NCBI RefSeq assembly: GCF_001642725.1 | Contig: NZ_LSUQ01000020.1 | Span: 1-45,068 of the forward strand | Direction: 5' to 3' | DNA from: Ferroacidibacillus organovorans | GTDB taxonomy: Bacteria; Bacillota; Bacilli; Alicyclobacillales; SLC66 | DNA: 45,068 bases | Part shown: piece after piece, positions 1 to 9,021 of the stretch | Layout of the letters: the number at the start of each line of letters is the position of its first letter | Position numbering within the stretch: position 1 is the first letter of the stretch | Program-made: the position numbers and the translations under genes | Notes under the pieces: generated by a model | The model's database searches: none | What the model was told of the DNA's origin: nothing | What the model saw: only the letters and a program-made list of their open reading frames with translations

Positions 1-1
1 C

Positions 2-1567
2 GTGGATGATGCGCACGCACGCATCATCGCGGTGATGGAAGATCATCGCGGCGATCGTGAGGCGGTCAGTTCAATCGTTAGTATTCCGCTGCGCGGTGAA
101 ACGCGGGGGATTCCTGAGGTGCTCGTTTCAGGAGCTGATTTCTATTCCTCGCCGCGCATCTCCTCCGATGGGAAGAAATTGGCGTATCTCTCGTGGAATC
201 ACCCGATGATGCCGTGGGATGAAACGACGCTCACCTGTGCGGAAATCGATGATCGAGGATTCGTCGCGGTACCGCGCATCGTGGCAGGCGGTGCAGGGGA
301 ATCCATTTTTCAACCTGAGTTTAGCCCCGATGGCGTACTCTATTTTGTCTCTGATCGAACGAATTGGTGGAATCTGTACCGCTTAGAAGGCGATGCGGTC
401 GTTGCGATCGCGCCGCATGAGGCGGAATTCGGTCTACCGCAGTGGGTGTTTGGGATGTCCACCTACGGGTTTCTCTCGCGCGACACGTTGATTTGTACAT
501 ACTCTCGCGCGAATCGCTCCTATCTTGCGACAGTCGATCTTAAGACGCTTGCGTTTATGACGCAGGATGTTCCATATGACGTGATTTCCAATGTGGCAGC
601 GGATGCACACCATGCGGTCTTTTTAGGCGGTTCAACGAAAAAGCCCACTGCGCTCGTTTATTTTTCTTCCGATACGTCAACCTATGTCGAGCTCGCGACG
701 TCGACCTCGCTGCCGTTTGCCGAAGCGCATCTCTCTGTCCCGGAAGCGATTTCCTATCCGACGACAAACGGGCATACGGCGCACGCCTTTTACTATCCGC
801 CGACAAACGCAGAGTATGAAGGACTGCGCGATGAGCGACCGCCGCTATTGGTCATCAGCCACGGGGGGCCGACCAGCGCAGCCACGCCAAAATTCAAGCT
901 GGCCATTCAATTTTTCACCAACCGCGGGTTCGCAGTGCTCGATGTGAACTACCGGGGCAGCACCGGGTATGGCCGAGCCTATCGAGATGCGCTACTCGGC
1001 GTGTGGGGGGTTGCAGATGTCGAGGATTGTGTCTACGGCGCGCGCGCGCTCGTCGAACGCGGGTTGGTCGATGGCAATCGTCTGATTATTCGCGGCGGGA
1101 GTGCGGGCGGGTATACGACACTCTGCGCGCTGACGTTTCACGATGTGTTTCGCGCGGGTGCGAGTTTCTATGGGATCAGCGATGCCGAGGCGCTCGCGCA
1201 GGAGACGCATAAGTTCGAGTCACGCTACATGGACCGCTTGATGGGACCTTATCCTGAAATGAAATCCGTCTATGAAGCGCGTTCGCCGATTCACTATGCC
1301 GAGCGCTTGAGCGCGCCGACGATCTTTTTTCAAGGCACAGCGGATAAGGTTGTGCCGGCGAATCAGGCGGAGCGCATGGTGAATGCACTTAAGAAAAATG
1401 GAATCCCGGTTGCCTTTGTGCTTTACGAGGGCGAAGGGCATGGTTTTATTCGCGCGGAAAACATCACGCACTCACTCGCAGCGGAACTGTATTTTTACGC
1501 GCGCATCTTCAATTTCCCGTATCGTGATGAAGTGCCTGTTTTGGAGATTGCCAATCTGAGTGACTGA
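2..1567 (+). CDS. S9 family (prolyl oligopeptidase/dipeptidyl aminopeptidase-like) serine peptidase, probably 5'-truncated by the window edge
   Basis: HGGPT, NYRGSTGYG, nucleophile GGSAGG, QGxxDxVV and EGHGF motifs; WD40-like propeller segments in the N-terminal part. Confidence 0.92.
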   Translation: MDDAHARIIAVMEDHRGDREAVSSIVSIPLRGETRGIPEVLVSGADFYSSPRISSDGKKLAYLSWNHPMMPWDETTLTCAEIDDRGFVAVPRIVAGGAGESIFQPEFSPDGVLYFVSDRTNWWNLYRLEGDAVVAIAPHEAEFGLPQWVFGMSTYGFLSRDTLICTYSRANRSYLATVDLKTLAFMTQDVPYDVISNVAADAHHAVFLGGSTKKPTALVYFSSDTSTYVELATSTSLPFAEAHLSVPEAISYPTTNGHTAHAFYYPPTNAEYEGLRDERPPLLVISHGGPTSAATPKFKLAIQFFTNRGFAVLDVNYRGSTGYGRAYRDALLGVWGVADVEDCVYGARALVERGLVDGNRLIIRGGSAGGYTTLCALTFHDVFRAGASFYGISDAEALAQETHKFESRYMDRLMGPYPEMKSVYEARSPIHYAERLSAPTIFFQGTADKVVPANQAERMVNALKKNGIPVAFVLYEGEGHGFIRAENITHSLAAELYFYARIFNFPYRDEVPVLEIANLSD

Positions 1568-1601
1568 TTTCAGGACGTTATGGAGATAAGGGGGTGCGAG
1601 C

Positions 1602-2393
1602 GTGGAGCATATCGATGATGTAGGGCGCACCGTCAGGCTCGATCGCCCCGCAACGCGGGTGGTTTCGCTCTGCCCGTCCGTTACAGAGACGCTCTTTGCG
1701 CTCAAGCTGCAGGACGAGGTTGTCGGACGCACGCGATTTTGTGTTCATCCTGCCGGAGAGGTGAAGCGAGCGCAAAACGTCGGGGGAACGAAGAAGGTCG
1801 ATGAGTCGCGCATTGACGCCTTACAGCCAGACCTGATTCTCGCGGTGAAAGAGGAGAATACGCCGGAGATCATCGCTGCGCTAGAAACGAGGTACCCGGT
1901 GTACGTATTTGACGTGAGAACGCCGGATGACGCGCTTAGGATGATCGGGCAGATCGGCGCGATGTGTGATCGCGAAAGCGAAGCTGCGAAACTCGTGGAG
2001 GAGATTCGCTTACGACTCAGCCGGATGACCCCTGTATCTCTGCGCTATGCGTACCTGATCTGGGAGTCGCCAACGATGGCGGTCGGAGGCGACACGTTTA
2101 TCGATTCCCTTTTACAGGAGGCAGGTTGGGAAAATGTGCTGTCGACCGCGGATGTGCACTACCCGACGATCAACCCTGAGGAGATCCGCGCGTGCCAACC
2201 TGACGTGGTCTTCTTGAGTTCCGAACCGTATCCGTTCAAAGAGCAACACATCTCAAGATACAAGGCGCTCTATCCGGAGTGTGATGTACGATTGATCGAT
2301 GGTGAAATTTCTTGGTTTGGGGCGCATATGCGCCAGTCGCTCGATCAACTCGCGGCGCTAAATGAGCAGATTCGAAAAAGGCAGGCGTACTGA
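1602..2393 (+). CDS. BtuF/FepB-like helical-backbone metal or cobalamin-binding protein with no signal peptide
   Basis: RVVSLCPSVTETLFAL, VGGTK, PDLIL..KEEN and LSSEPYPF motifs; GTG start after AAGGGGG. Confidence 0.8.
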   Translation: MEHIDDVGRTVRLDRPATRVVSLCPSVTETLFALKLQDEVVGRTRFCVHPAGEVKRAQNVGGTKKVDESRIDALQPDLILAVKEENTPEIIAALETRYPVYVFDVRTPDDALRMIGQIGAMCDRESEAAKLVEEIRLRLSRMTPVSLRYAYLIWESPTMAVGGDTFIDSLLQEAGWENVLSTADVHYPTINPEEIRACQPDVVFLSSEPYPFKEQHISRYKALYPECDVRLIDGEISWFGAHMRQSLDQLAALNEQIRKRQAY

Positions 2394-2914
2394 TGAAACG
2401 TAAATATTCAACGTATGTACTCTTTCTTGTTCTGGCAGGCGCCATCCTAGCAGGAATTTTCTACCGTCCAGGGCCGGCTGTCAGCCCGGAAATGGGGTAT
2501 ACGGCACCTCCGCTCACACTCAATACGCTCACGACCAATGCACCGTTTTCTTGGCAGTCTCTCTCGGGAAAATTGTATGTACTCAATTTCTGGGCGTCGT
2601 GGTGTCCTCCGTGTAACGCGGAAGCTCCAGGTTTTGTTAAGGCGGCAGAAAAATACAAAGGTAAAATTGAGTTTATCGGCGTCAATATGACCTCGGCTGA
2701 TTCTCCGCCGGCAGCGATTGGTTTTATCAAGCACTATCATATTCCGTACACGGTTTTGGCAGATGTACAAGCAAAGGCGGCAAGCGCCTATCGCATTGTC
2801 TCGATTCCCACGACATTCTTTGTGAATCAAAAAGGGGTCATCGTCGATCGCGTGACAGGGCGAATCTCAGAAGGGACGCTTGATTCTCTTTTGAATCAGC
2901 TCGAAAAGGGATGA
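2393..2914 (+). CDS. TlpA/ResA-like membrane-anchored thiol-disulfide oxidoreductase
   Basis: N-terminal TM helix, [11 protein letters not shown] active site, IPTTFF cis-Pro motif. Confidence 0.9.
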   Translation: MKRKYSTYVLFLVLAGAILAGIFYRPGPAVSPEMGYTAPPLTLNTLTTNAPFSWQSLSGKLYVLNFWASWCPPCNAEAPGFVKAAEKYKGKIEFIGVNMTSADSPPAAIGFIKHYHIPYTVLADVQAKAASAYRIVSIPTTFFVNQKGVIVDRVTGRISEGTLDSLLNQLEKG

Positions 2915-2918
2915 ACCT

Positions 2919-3608
2919 ATGAATTTTCCGGGGCTTTGGATCGCTTTCGTCGCAGGACTTGTCTCCTTTGCGTCACCCTGCAGTCTGCCTTTATATCCGT
3001 CTTTTCTCTCGTATTTGACAGGTGTCTCCTTCTTGCCAGGACAAAGATCGGAACAAGCAGGTGTGCGTCGTCGCGCACTCACGAACACCTTGTTTTTTGT
3101 TCTCGGATTCTCTGTGATCTTTGTCGCGCTCGGTGCATCCGCTTCACTTCTTGGTAGTCTGTTTTCGCAATACCGCAGCCAAATCAGTGTTTATGGCGGT
3201 ATTCTGATCGCGCTCATGGGGTTGTGGCTGCTTTTTTCTTATCGGATTTCACAACTCGCGTTTGAGAAGCGCTGGCACCTGTCAGTAAAGCCGTCGGGGC
3301 CGTTTGGCGCGTTTCTCGTGGGGCTCGCCTTTTCTGCCGGATGGACACCGTGTGTGGGACCGATTCTCGCCTCCGTGCTCGCGATGACAGCTACCAGTGG
3401 TATTGCAGGTGGCTGGCTGATGCTCGCTTATGCGCTCGGCTTTGCCATTCCGTTTCTCGCCATGGCGGCGACGCTTGGTTCCGTCCGCTGGCTTACGCGC
3501 TACAGCCTGCGCATTAGCCAAGTCGGTGGACTCGTCATGGTTGCGATGGGAATCTTACTTGCTTCGGGAGAACTCGGGAAAATTTCAGCGTGGCTTACAA
3601 ATTTCTAG
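2919..3608 (+). CDS. ccdA: Cytochrome c biogenesis protein CcdA (DsbD transmembrane domain)
   Basis: [11 protein letters not shown] and [10 protein letters not shown] motifs, about 6 TM helices, adjacent to tlpA. Confidence 0.9.
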   Translation: MNFPGLWIAFVAGLVSFASPCSLPLYPSFLSYLTGVSFLPGQRSEQAGVRRRALTNTLFFVLGFSVIFVALGASASLLGSLFSQYRSQISVYGGILIALMGLWLLFSYRISQLAFEKRWHLSVKPSGPFGAFLVGLAFSAGWTPCVGPILASVLAMTATSGIAGGWLMLAYALGFAIPFLAMAATLGSVRWLTRYSLRISQVGGLVMVAMGILLASGELGKISAWLTNF

Positions 3609-3657
3609 TAGGGGGAAGTTCGATAAGAGATTAAGACTCTTCGGCGCATTTGCGCGT

Positions 3658-3722
3658 CTGCGTCAAAAATGCTCACTCACGTACCTTAGCGCGTATACTG
3701 CGTGTGTATTTTTGACTCGCAG
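3658..3722. repeat. Imperfect inverted repeat (REP-like hairpin) at the left edge of the AT-rich block
   Basis: GTCAAAAAT (3662-3670) pairs with ATTTTTGAC (3708-3716); flanking CTGCG/CGCAG extend the pairing. Confidence 0.5.
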
Positions 3723-3743
3723 TCTTCAAGATTAAATTTTCTA

Positions 3744-3773
3744 TTGACAATAGAGTCGCTCCACAATTATGAT
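3744..3773 (+). promoter_or_regulatory. Sigma-A-type promoter of the lacI-GH35-ABC operon
   Basis: TTGACA (3744-3749) N18 TATGAT (3768-3773). Confidence 0.65.
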
Positions 3774-3781
3774 AATCCCGT

Positions 3782-3799
3782 AATCGAATCGTTTCGATT
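3782..3799. promoter_or_regulatory. LacI-family operator O1
   Basis: AATCGAATCGTTTCGATT near-palindrome with central CG, just downstream of the -10; repeated at 7213-7230. Confidence 0.75.
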
Positions 3800-3826
3800 G
3801 CGGGATTCGTAGTGAGGAGTTCGGTA

Positions 3827-4807
3827 ATGGCGACACTTAAAGACGTGGCAAACGCTGCTGGCGTATCAGTATCGACTGTCTCAATCGCACTTAAACATGA
3901 CCCGCGAGTCAAGGAAACGACAAAACGGAAAATCCTCGAAATTGTAGATCAATTAGGCTATCGTCCCAATGGCATTGCGCGTGATCTTAAAATGAAGAGC
4001 ACGCAAACCATGGCCGTATTGCTTCATGATCTAGGGGGACCGTTTTATTCAGAATTAGTGACGGGAGTACAAGATGTTGCATTGGCTTATGACTATAGTC
4101 CGATTATTTCCTGTTCTATAGGCGGGAAGGGAGTTGCTTTAAAGAGACTGCTTCTTGAAAATCGTGTGGACGGGGCAATCATTCTCGATCCATACATTGA
4201 AGAATCGTTTATTCGTAGAGTGGCCTCCCCCAGTCTACCGATTGTGCTTTTAGATCGAGACATCGATTTACCATATGTATATCGAGTCACTTCCGATCAT
4301 GAGGGGGGCGCTTATGAAGTGGTCTCGCATCTGATTGAAAAAGGTTATCAACGCATTGCTTTTGTCGGCGGACCGCAACGTTCGTTTGATAACCAATTGC
4401 GCTTTAATGGCTATAAAAAAGCTATGGAAAGTCAAGGTAAGGCCGTTGATTCCCGATTGATTTTTGCTGGCGATTTTACAGAGAAAAGCGGCTACGCTTT
4501 AGGATTGTCGCTCGGTGGTTCAGATAAATTGCCGGATGCTATTTTTGCAGCAAATGATGAGATGGCGATCGGCCTTTTGAGAGCGCTTTCCGAACTAGGA
4601 CTTAAGATTCCGCAGGATATTGCCTTGGCTGGTTTTGATGATATACGACTGAGTCAATATACAGTACCTAAACTTACTTCTGTCCATCAGCCTATGTATG
4701 AGTTAGGTATTGTCGCGACGCAGATTCTGTTCAGGGCGTTAAATGGAGATTCCAAAATTGAGCCGGTTGTTTTATCTACCCAACTGATGATTCGAGATTC
4801 TACATGA
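3827..4807 (+). CDS. LacI-family transcriptional regulator
   Basis: TLKDVANAAGVSVSTVS HTH, YRPNxxARxL hinge, NDEMAIG and GFDD motifs; RBS GAGGAG before ATG 3827. Confidence 0.95.
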   Translation: MATLKDVANAAGVSVSTVSIALKHDPRVKETTKRKILEIVDQLGYRPNGIARDLKMKSTQTMAVLLHDLGGPFYSELVTGVQDVALAYDYSPIISCSIGGKGVALKRLLLENRVDGAIILDPYIEESFIRRVASPSLPIVLLDRDIDLPYVYRVTSDHEGGAYEVVSHLIEKGYQRIAFVGGPQRSFDNQLRFNGYKKAMESQGKAVDSRLIFAGDFTEKSGYALGLSLGGSDKLPDAIFAANDEMAIGLLRALSELGLKIPQDIALAGFDDIRLSQYTVPKLTSVHQPMYELGIVATQILFRALNGDSKIEPVVLSTQLMIRDST

Positions 4808-4854
4808 TCGTGTAAAGAAATCTCGATTTTAGATGTAGTGAGAGGGTGTATAGC

Positions 4855-7227
4855 ATGCTTACGATAAAAAATGGCGCGTTTTTTATTGACGACAACCCAA
4901 CCTTTTTATTTGGCGCGGAGTGTCACTATTTTCGAGTTGATCCTGAACAATGGCGTGATCGTCTTCTTCAAATCAAGGAAGCAGGGTTTAACCTTGTCAG
5001 TACATATGTTCCTTGGTTGTGGCATGAACCGGAACAAGGCAAGTTTGATTTTACAGGGAAAACGCATCCCAGACGGAATTTGCTTGACTTTTTGAAACTC
5101 TGCGATGAAATCGGATTCAAAGTCATGGTGAGACCCGGACCTTACGTGATGTCAGAGCTAAAAAGAGAAGGAATACCCGAATGGATCATTGAAAACTATT
5201 CTGAGGTCATTGCTCGGACGATAACGGGCAATCTTCATCCCGCTCGGCTTGTCTCCTATCTACATCCTGTCTTTTTACAGTTAGTACGAGACTGGTATGA
5301 TGCTGTACTAACACAAATTCGGCCGCTGATGGAGGATCGCTCTGGGCCCATTGTGATGATTCAGCTAGACAACGAGATTGGTATGCTGCAATGGGTAACA
5401 AATTCTGCAGACTTCCATCCTCTTACGATGGAACGGTATCGTACTTTTGTAGAAGAGAATCGCTTGTCGCAGTCAGGGAAGTTATTAAATCAAGCGTCAG
5501 ATTCTTTGGAGAAATTTAGCGAAGAAGAGCAAAGTCTAAGCGATCATTTCATGTGGTCGGAATTTTGCAGAATGGAATATTCCACCTATGTTTCTCATCT
5601 TCAAGAGCTTGTTCGGAAAAACGGCATAAACGCATTGACAGTCATTAACGTGCACGGGTTTAAAGACTTATCGATTTATAGCCGTGGAACGGATTATCCA
5701 ATTGGTATCAGTCAGTTAAGGACGGCTGCGCTCTTACATGACTGCTGTGTTGCAGGTGATTTCTACCCAGGCCACATTACGTACGATAATTTTCACGACA
5801 TCATTTTAAGTACGGTATTGACTGCGTGCATTAGTTCCAAAGAGCAACCTATCTTTTCTGCAGAATTTCAGTCTGGTCGATTATCTGATCGTCCGACGGT
5901 TTCTTCTTCTGATATGAACCTTCTGACGAGATTGTGTATTAGTCACGGAATGAACGCATTAAATTACTACATGTTTTGTGCAGGGGATAACCCTGAAGAC
6001 ATTGGATTGTTTGGAACTCGACATGAATGGCAAGCGCCTATTGCGTCGGATGGGTCGCGGAGAGAAGGGTATGCAACAGCCCAAGATCTTGGTCGAATGA
6101 TCTCCAGTGTTCATGAGGATCTGGTTTTGGCAAAAAAGGAGGTTGATACACATATTGGATTCTATTCTCCCTATTACATGACGGAAACGGATTGGCCTCC
6201 TTCTGCCGCAGTGAAAACAATGATTCAGGAGGTAACTTCTATACGGGAGAATTATGTGTTCGATGGGTTGTGGCGATTGCTGGCGGCCGCCAATCTTACC
6301 TATGACGCAGTTGATCTGCTGAAGGAGGGACAGTTAGATTCAAAAGAATACCCTACACTTTGGGTGGGAACGACACGCTGTATGGAGGCAGAAGTACAAC
6401 AGAAGTTACTAGATTACGCAAAATCCGGTGGAAAACTGTGCCTCAGTCCATTTTTGCCCGAATACGATCTGAATGGACGTCCTTGTCGAATTCTTGCTGA
6501 CGCGATTCAGATTGAGATGGGGAACGAGGAATATGGTTATCAGCTTGTTGATTTTCGAGGACATCCGTCGACATTCTGCCGTGTACATCTGAAAATGTAC
6601 GGAATTCCAGACCATGAAATCATCGCTACGTCGAAAGACGAACCTCAAGTATGCACGGCGCTTTACAAACGAATCGAACGTGGAAACCTAATGCTTTTAG
6701 GTGTTGGAATGCTGCATGAATATCAGTATCAAATTGATGTACTAAAGGAAATCGCTGATCAAATGGGGATTCGTGCATCTGTCTCTTGTACACATTCAAG
6801 AGTTCATGCGACCATGAGGCGAGGAGAGCGCGGATCGTTTCTTTCTCTGCTCAATATGGATGAAAAACCTGCATGGACTCAAATGAAAGCGAATGGTGAA
6901 ATTCTATTTGACCAGGCGCTGGTACAAGTGCCTGCGCGAAGTGGGCTCATGTTGCCGTTTATGCTACAAATTGGCACGCTTGTTCTTCGTTATAGCACAA
7001 TGGAAATTTTCCAGAAACAAGCAGGCGATCAAGTGGTGACACTAGGATTACGGGCAACAGGTGAGAGCGGCATCGTTTGCATCTCCTCAGGCTGGACCGT
7101 ATCCGTAACAGGCGCATCTAGTTCCGAAGAGAGTATGGGTGATGGGATAAGAATCACTTGTACATGGAGCCATGAACAGGTTCATCAAGACCATCATATT
7201 TTAATGACCTTAAATCGAATCGTTTAG
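4855..7227 (+). CDS. GH35 glycoside hydrolase (beta-galactosidase/exo-beta-glucosaminidase-like) with GH42-type trimerisation domain
   Basis: HYFRV..W.DRL, TYVPW.WHEP..G.FDF, RPGPY, QLDNE (acid/base) and AEFQSG (nucleophile) motifs. Confidence 0.88.
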   Translation: MLTIKNGAFFIDDNPTFLFGAECHYFRVDPEQWRDRLLQIKEAGFNLVSTYVPWLWHEPEQGKFDFTGKTHPRRNLLDFLKLCDEIGFKVMVRPGPYVMSELKREGIPEWIIENYSEVIARTITGNLHPARLVSYLHPVFLQLVRDWYDAVLTQIRPLMEDRSGPIVMIQLDNEIGMLQWVTNSADFHPLTMERYRTFVEENRLSQSGKLLNQASDSLEKFSEEEQSLSDHFMWSEFCRMEYSTYVSHLQELVRKNGINALTVINVHGFKDLSIYSRGTDYPIGISQLRTAALLHDCCVAGDFYPGHITYDNFHDIILSTVLTACISSKEQPIFSAEFQSGRLSDRPTVSSSDMNLLTRLCISHGMNALNYYMFCAGDNPEDIGLFGTRHEWQAPIASDGSRREGYATAQDLGRMISSVHEDLVLAKKEVDTHIGFYSPYYMTETDWPPSAAVKTMIQEVTSIRENYVFDGLWRLLAAANLTYDAVDLLKEGQLDSKEYPTLWVGTTRCMEAEVQQKLLDYAKSGGKLCLSPFLPEYDLNGRPCRILADAIQIEMGNEEYGYQLVDFRGHPSTFCRVHLKMYGIPDHEIIATSKDEPQVCTALYKRIERGNLMLLGVGMLHEYQYQIDVLKEIADQMGIRASVSCTHSRVHATMRRGERGSFLSLLNMDEKPAWTQMKANGEILFDQALVQVPARSGLMLPFMLQIGTLVLRYSTMEIFQKQAGDQVVTLGLRATGESGIVCISSGWTVSVTGASSSEESMGDGIRITCTWSHEQVHQDHHILMTLNRIV

Positions 7228-7230
7228 ATT
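7213..7230. promoter_or_regulatory. LacI-family operator O2 overlapping the GH35 stop codon
   Basis: AATCGAATCGTTTAGATT, 17/18 identical to O1. Confidence 0.7.
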
Positions 7231-7333
7231 TCGAAATATTTAAGGAGGTGGGTGGTATGTGAATGCATGCGAAAACGTATTCTTGTCGATTGGTGCAAGC
7301 AATCGTAGTCAGAAAATAAAAGGGGGAAGTAAA

Positions 7334-8959
7334 ATGTTGAAGAAAAAGTTGGTGTACAGTGCAGCAGCGCTGTTAACGCTTTCAATGATCGGCGTTGCGC
7401 CAGATACCTTGGCTGCATCATCGAGTAGCCAGCAATCTCCTTTGATTATGGTACCAGGACAAGGGGGACAGTTTCAGGAAAACTTTAGTCCTTTCTCTTC
7501 GAGTGCGCTTCAAGGAACGCTCGGGTTAATCTATCAACCTCTGTTCTACTTTAATCCATCGGGTCAAGCAGTGCCCTTACTTGGGCAGTCATTTGTTTGG
7601 TCTGATCACGCCAAAGTGTTGACGGTTAATCTTAAGCATAATGTAAAGTGGTCAAATGGAAGTGTCATGACGTCGCAGGATGTTGTATTTTCCTTTGATC
7701 TGCTAAAAAAATTCCCCCAATTAGATGGCAGCCAAATTTGGAAAGTGATTTCTGGGGTTAAAGCAAATGGACCGTATCAAGTTCAATTTACGTTTCAATC
7801 CCCAAACTCAGCGTATGAATATTACATTCTTGGGACCACTTACATTGTTCCTCAACGTGTTTGGAAGAATGTATCTGATCCAACCAAATCGTTAAATCTT
7901 CATCCAATGGGAACGGGTCCCTACATTTTGGTGTCATTTACACCGGAGATGTACCAGTTTATGGCAAACCCAGTCTATTGGAATGGCGAGCCTAAAGTAA
8001 AACGGGTTGATTTCCCTGCCTATTCGGGGAATGAAAGCACGACCCTTTCCCTTATACAGGGGAAAATTGACTGGACAGGTCTGTTTATTCCTCACATCGC
8101 TCAAGTGTACTCAAACAGGAGTCCCTACAATCAATATTGGTTCTCAGATTTCGGGGGAGCAAATATGATTTACACCAATTTACAAGACCCCCTATTAAAA
8201 CAGTTACCGGTGCGCGAAGCAATCAGTTTAGCGATTAATCGACAAAAAGTTTCTCAGCTAGGTGAGTATGGCTATGAACCGCCTGCGACACCTACGGGGT
8301 ATGCTCTCCCTCCAGCAGCCAAAGCTTGGACAGACCCTAAGCTGCCTACGCAGTTTCAGTACAATCCGACACAAGCCGTTAAAATTCTGGAACATGCCGG
8401 ATTCAAAAAGAATGCTCAAGGTATTTTTGAGTCCAAGAGTGGTCAACCGCTCTCCTTTACCTTGGATGTCGTCAGTGGATGGACGGATTGGGATGCTGAT
8501 TGCTCAATCGTTGCAAGTGAGTTATCAAGTATTGGCATCAAAGTGCAGGTGCAGCAACTGGCTTTTGGCGCGTACTATCAAAATCTATCAACCGGACATT
8601 TTCAATTGGGAATGAGTTGGAGCGGTTCTGGACCTACGCCATTCTATATGTATCAGAGCCTCTACCAACCGAATGGAATAAACAACTGGGATCATTGGAA
8701 CAATCCACTGACCACAAAAGCACTTTACAACTATGAACACACGAGCAATGTAAAAAAACAACAGCAAGATGTGTATGTCCTAGAGAATGCAATGGTGAAA
8801 TCCCTCCCGTATATTCCCCTCGTATACGGTGTGGGTTGGAATGAATACAGCACCAAGAACTTTGTAGGCTGGCCAAGCGCTTCAAATCCGTATGCTCAAG
8901 GATCACCATGGGTCTCACCATCCAATGGGATCATTCTTTCCCAATTGCGCCCTAGATAA
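7334..8959 (+). CDS. ABC transporter substrate-binding protein, family 5 (OppA/DppA fold, probably binding oligosaccharide)
   Basis: NFSPF, IYQPL, VKWSNG..MTSQDVVFSF, PMGTGPY and VSGWTDW motifs; Sec signal peptide; RBS AGGGGG. Confidence 0.9.
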   Translation: MLKKKLVYSAAALLTLSMIGVAPDTLAASSSSQQSPLIMVPGQGGQFQENFSPFSSSALQGTLGLIYQPLFYFNPSGQAVPLLGQSFVWSDHAKVLTVNLKHNVKWSNGSVMTSQDVVFSFDLLKKFPQLDGSQIWKVISGVKANGPYQVQFTFQSPNSAYEYYILGTTYIVPQRVWKNVSDPTKSLNLHPMGTGPYILVSFTPEMYQFMANPVYWNGEPKVKRVDFPAYSGNESTTLSLIQGKIDWTGLFIPHIAQVYSNRSPYNQYWFSDFGGANMIYTNLQDPLLKQLPVREAISLAINRQKVSQLGEYGYEPPATPTGYALPPAAKAWTDPKLPTQFQYNPTQAVKILEHAGFKKNAQGIFESKSGQPLSFTLDVVSGWTDWDADCSIVASELSSIGIKVQVQQLAFGAYYQNLSTGHFQLGMSWSGSGPTPFYMYQSLYQPNGINNWDHWNNPLTTKALYNYEHTSNVKKQQQDVYVLENAMVKSLPYIPLVYGVGWNEYSTKNFVGWPSASNPYAQGSPWVSPSNGIILSQLRPR

Positions 8960-8966
8960 GACAAAT

Positions 8967-8998
8967 GGGTAGAGGGAAGGTTCGCTTTTCCTCTACCC
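8967..8998 (+). promoter_or_regulatory. Intercistronic stem-loop after the SBP gene (3' mRNA stabiliser or partial terminator)
   Basis: GGGTAGAGG(GAAG)-loop-(CTTTT)CCTCTACCC with no U-tract. Confidence 0.6.
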
Positions 8999-9021
8999 CA
9001 ATGATTGAGGAGGCTCTGTTT

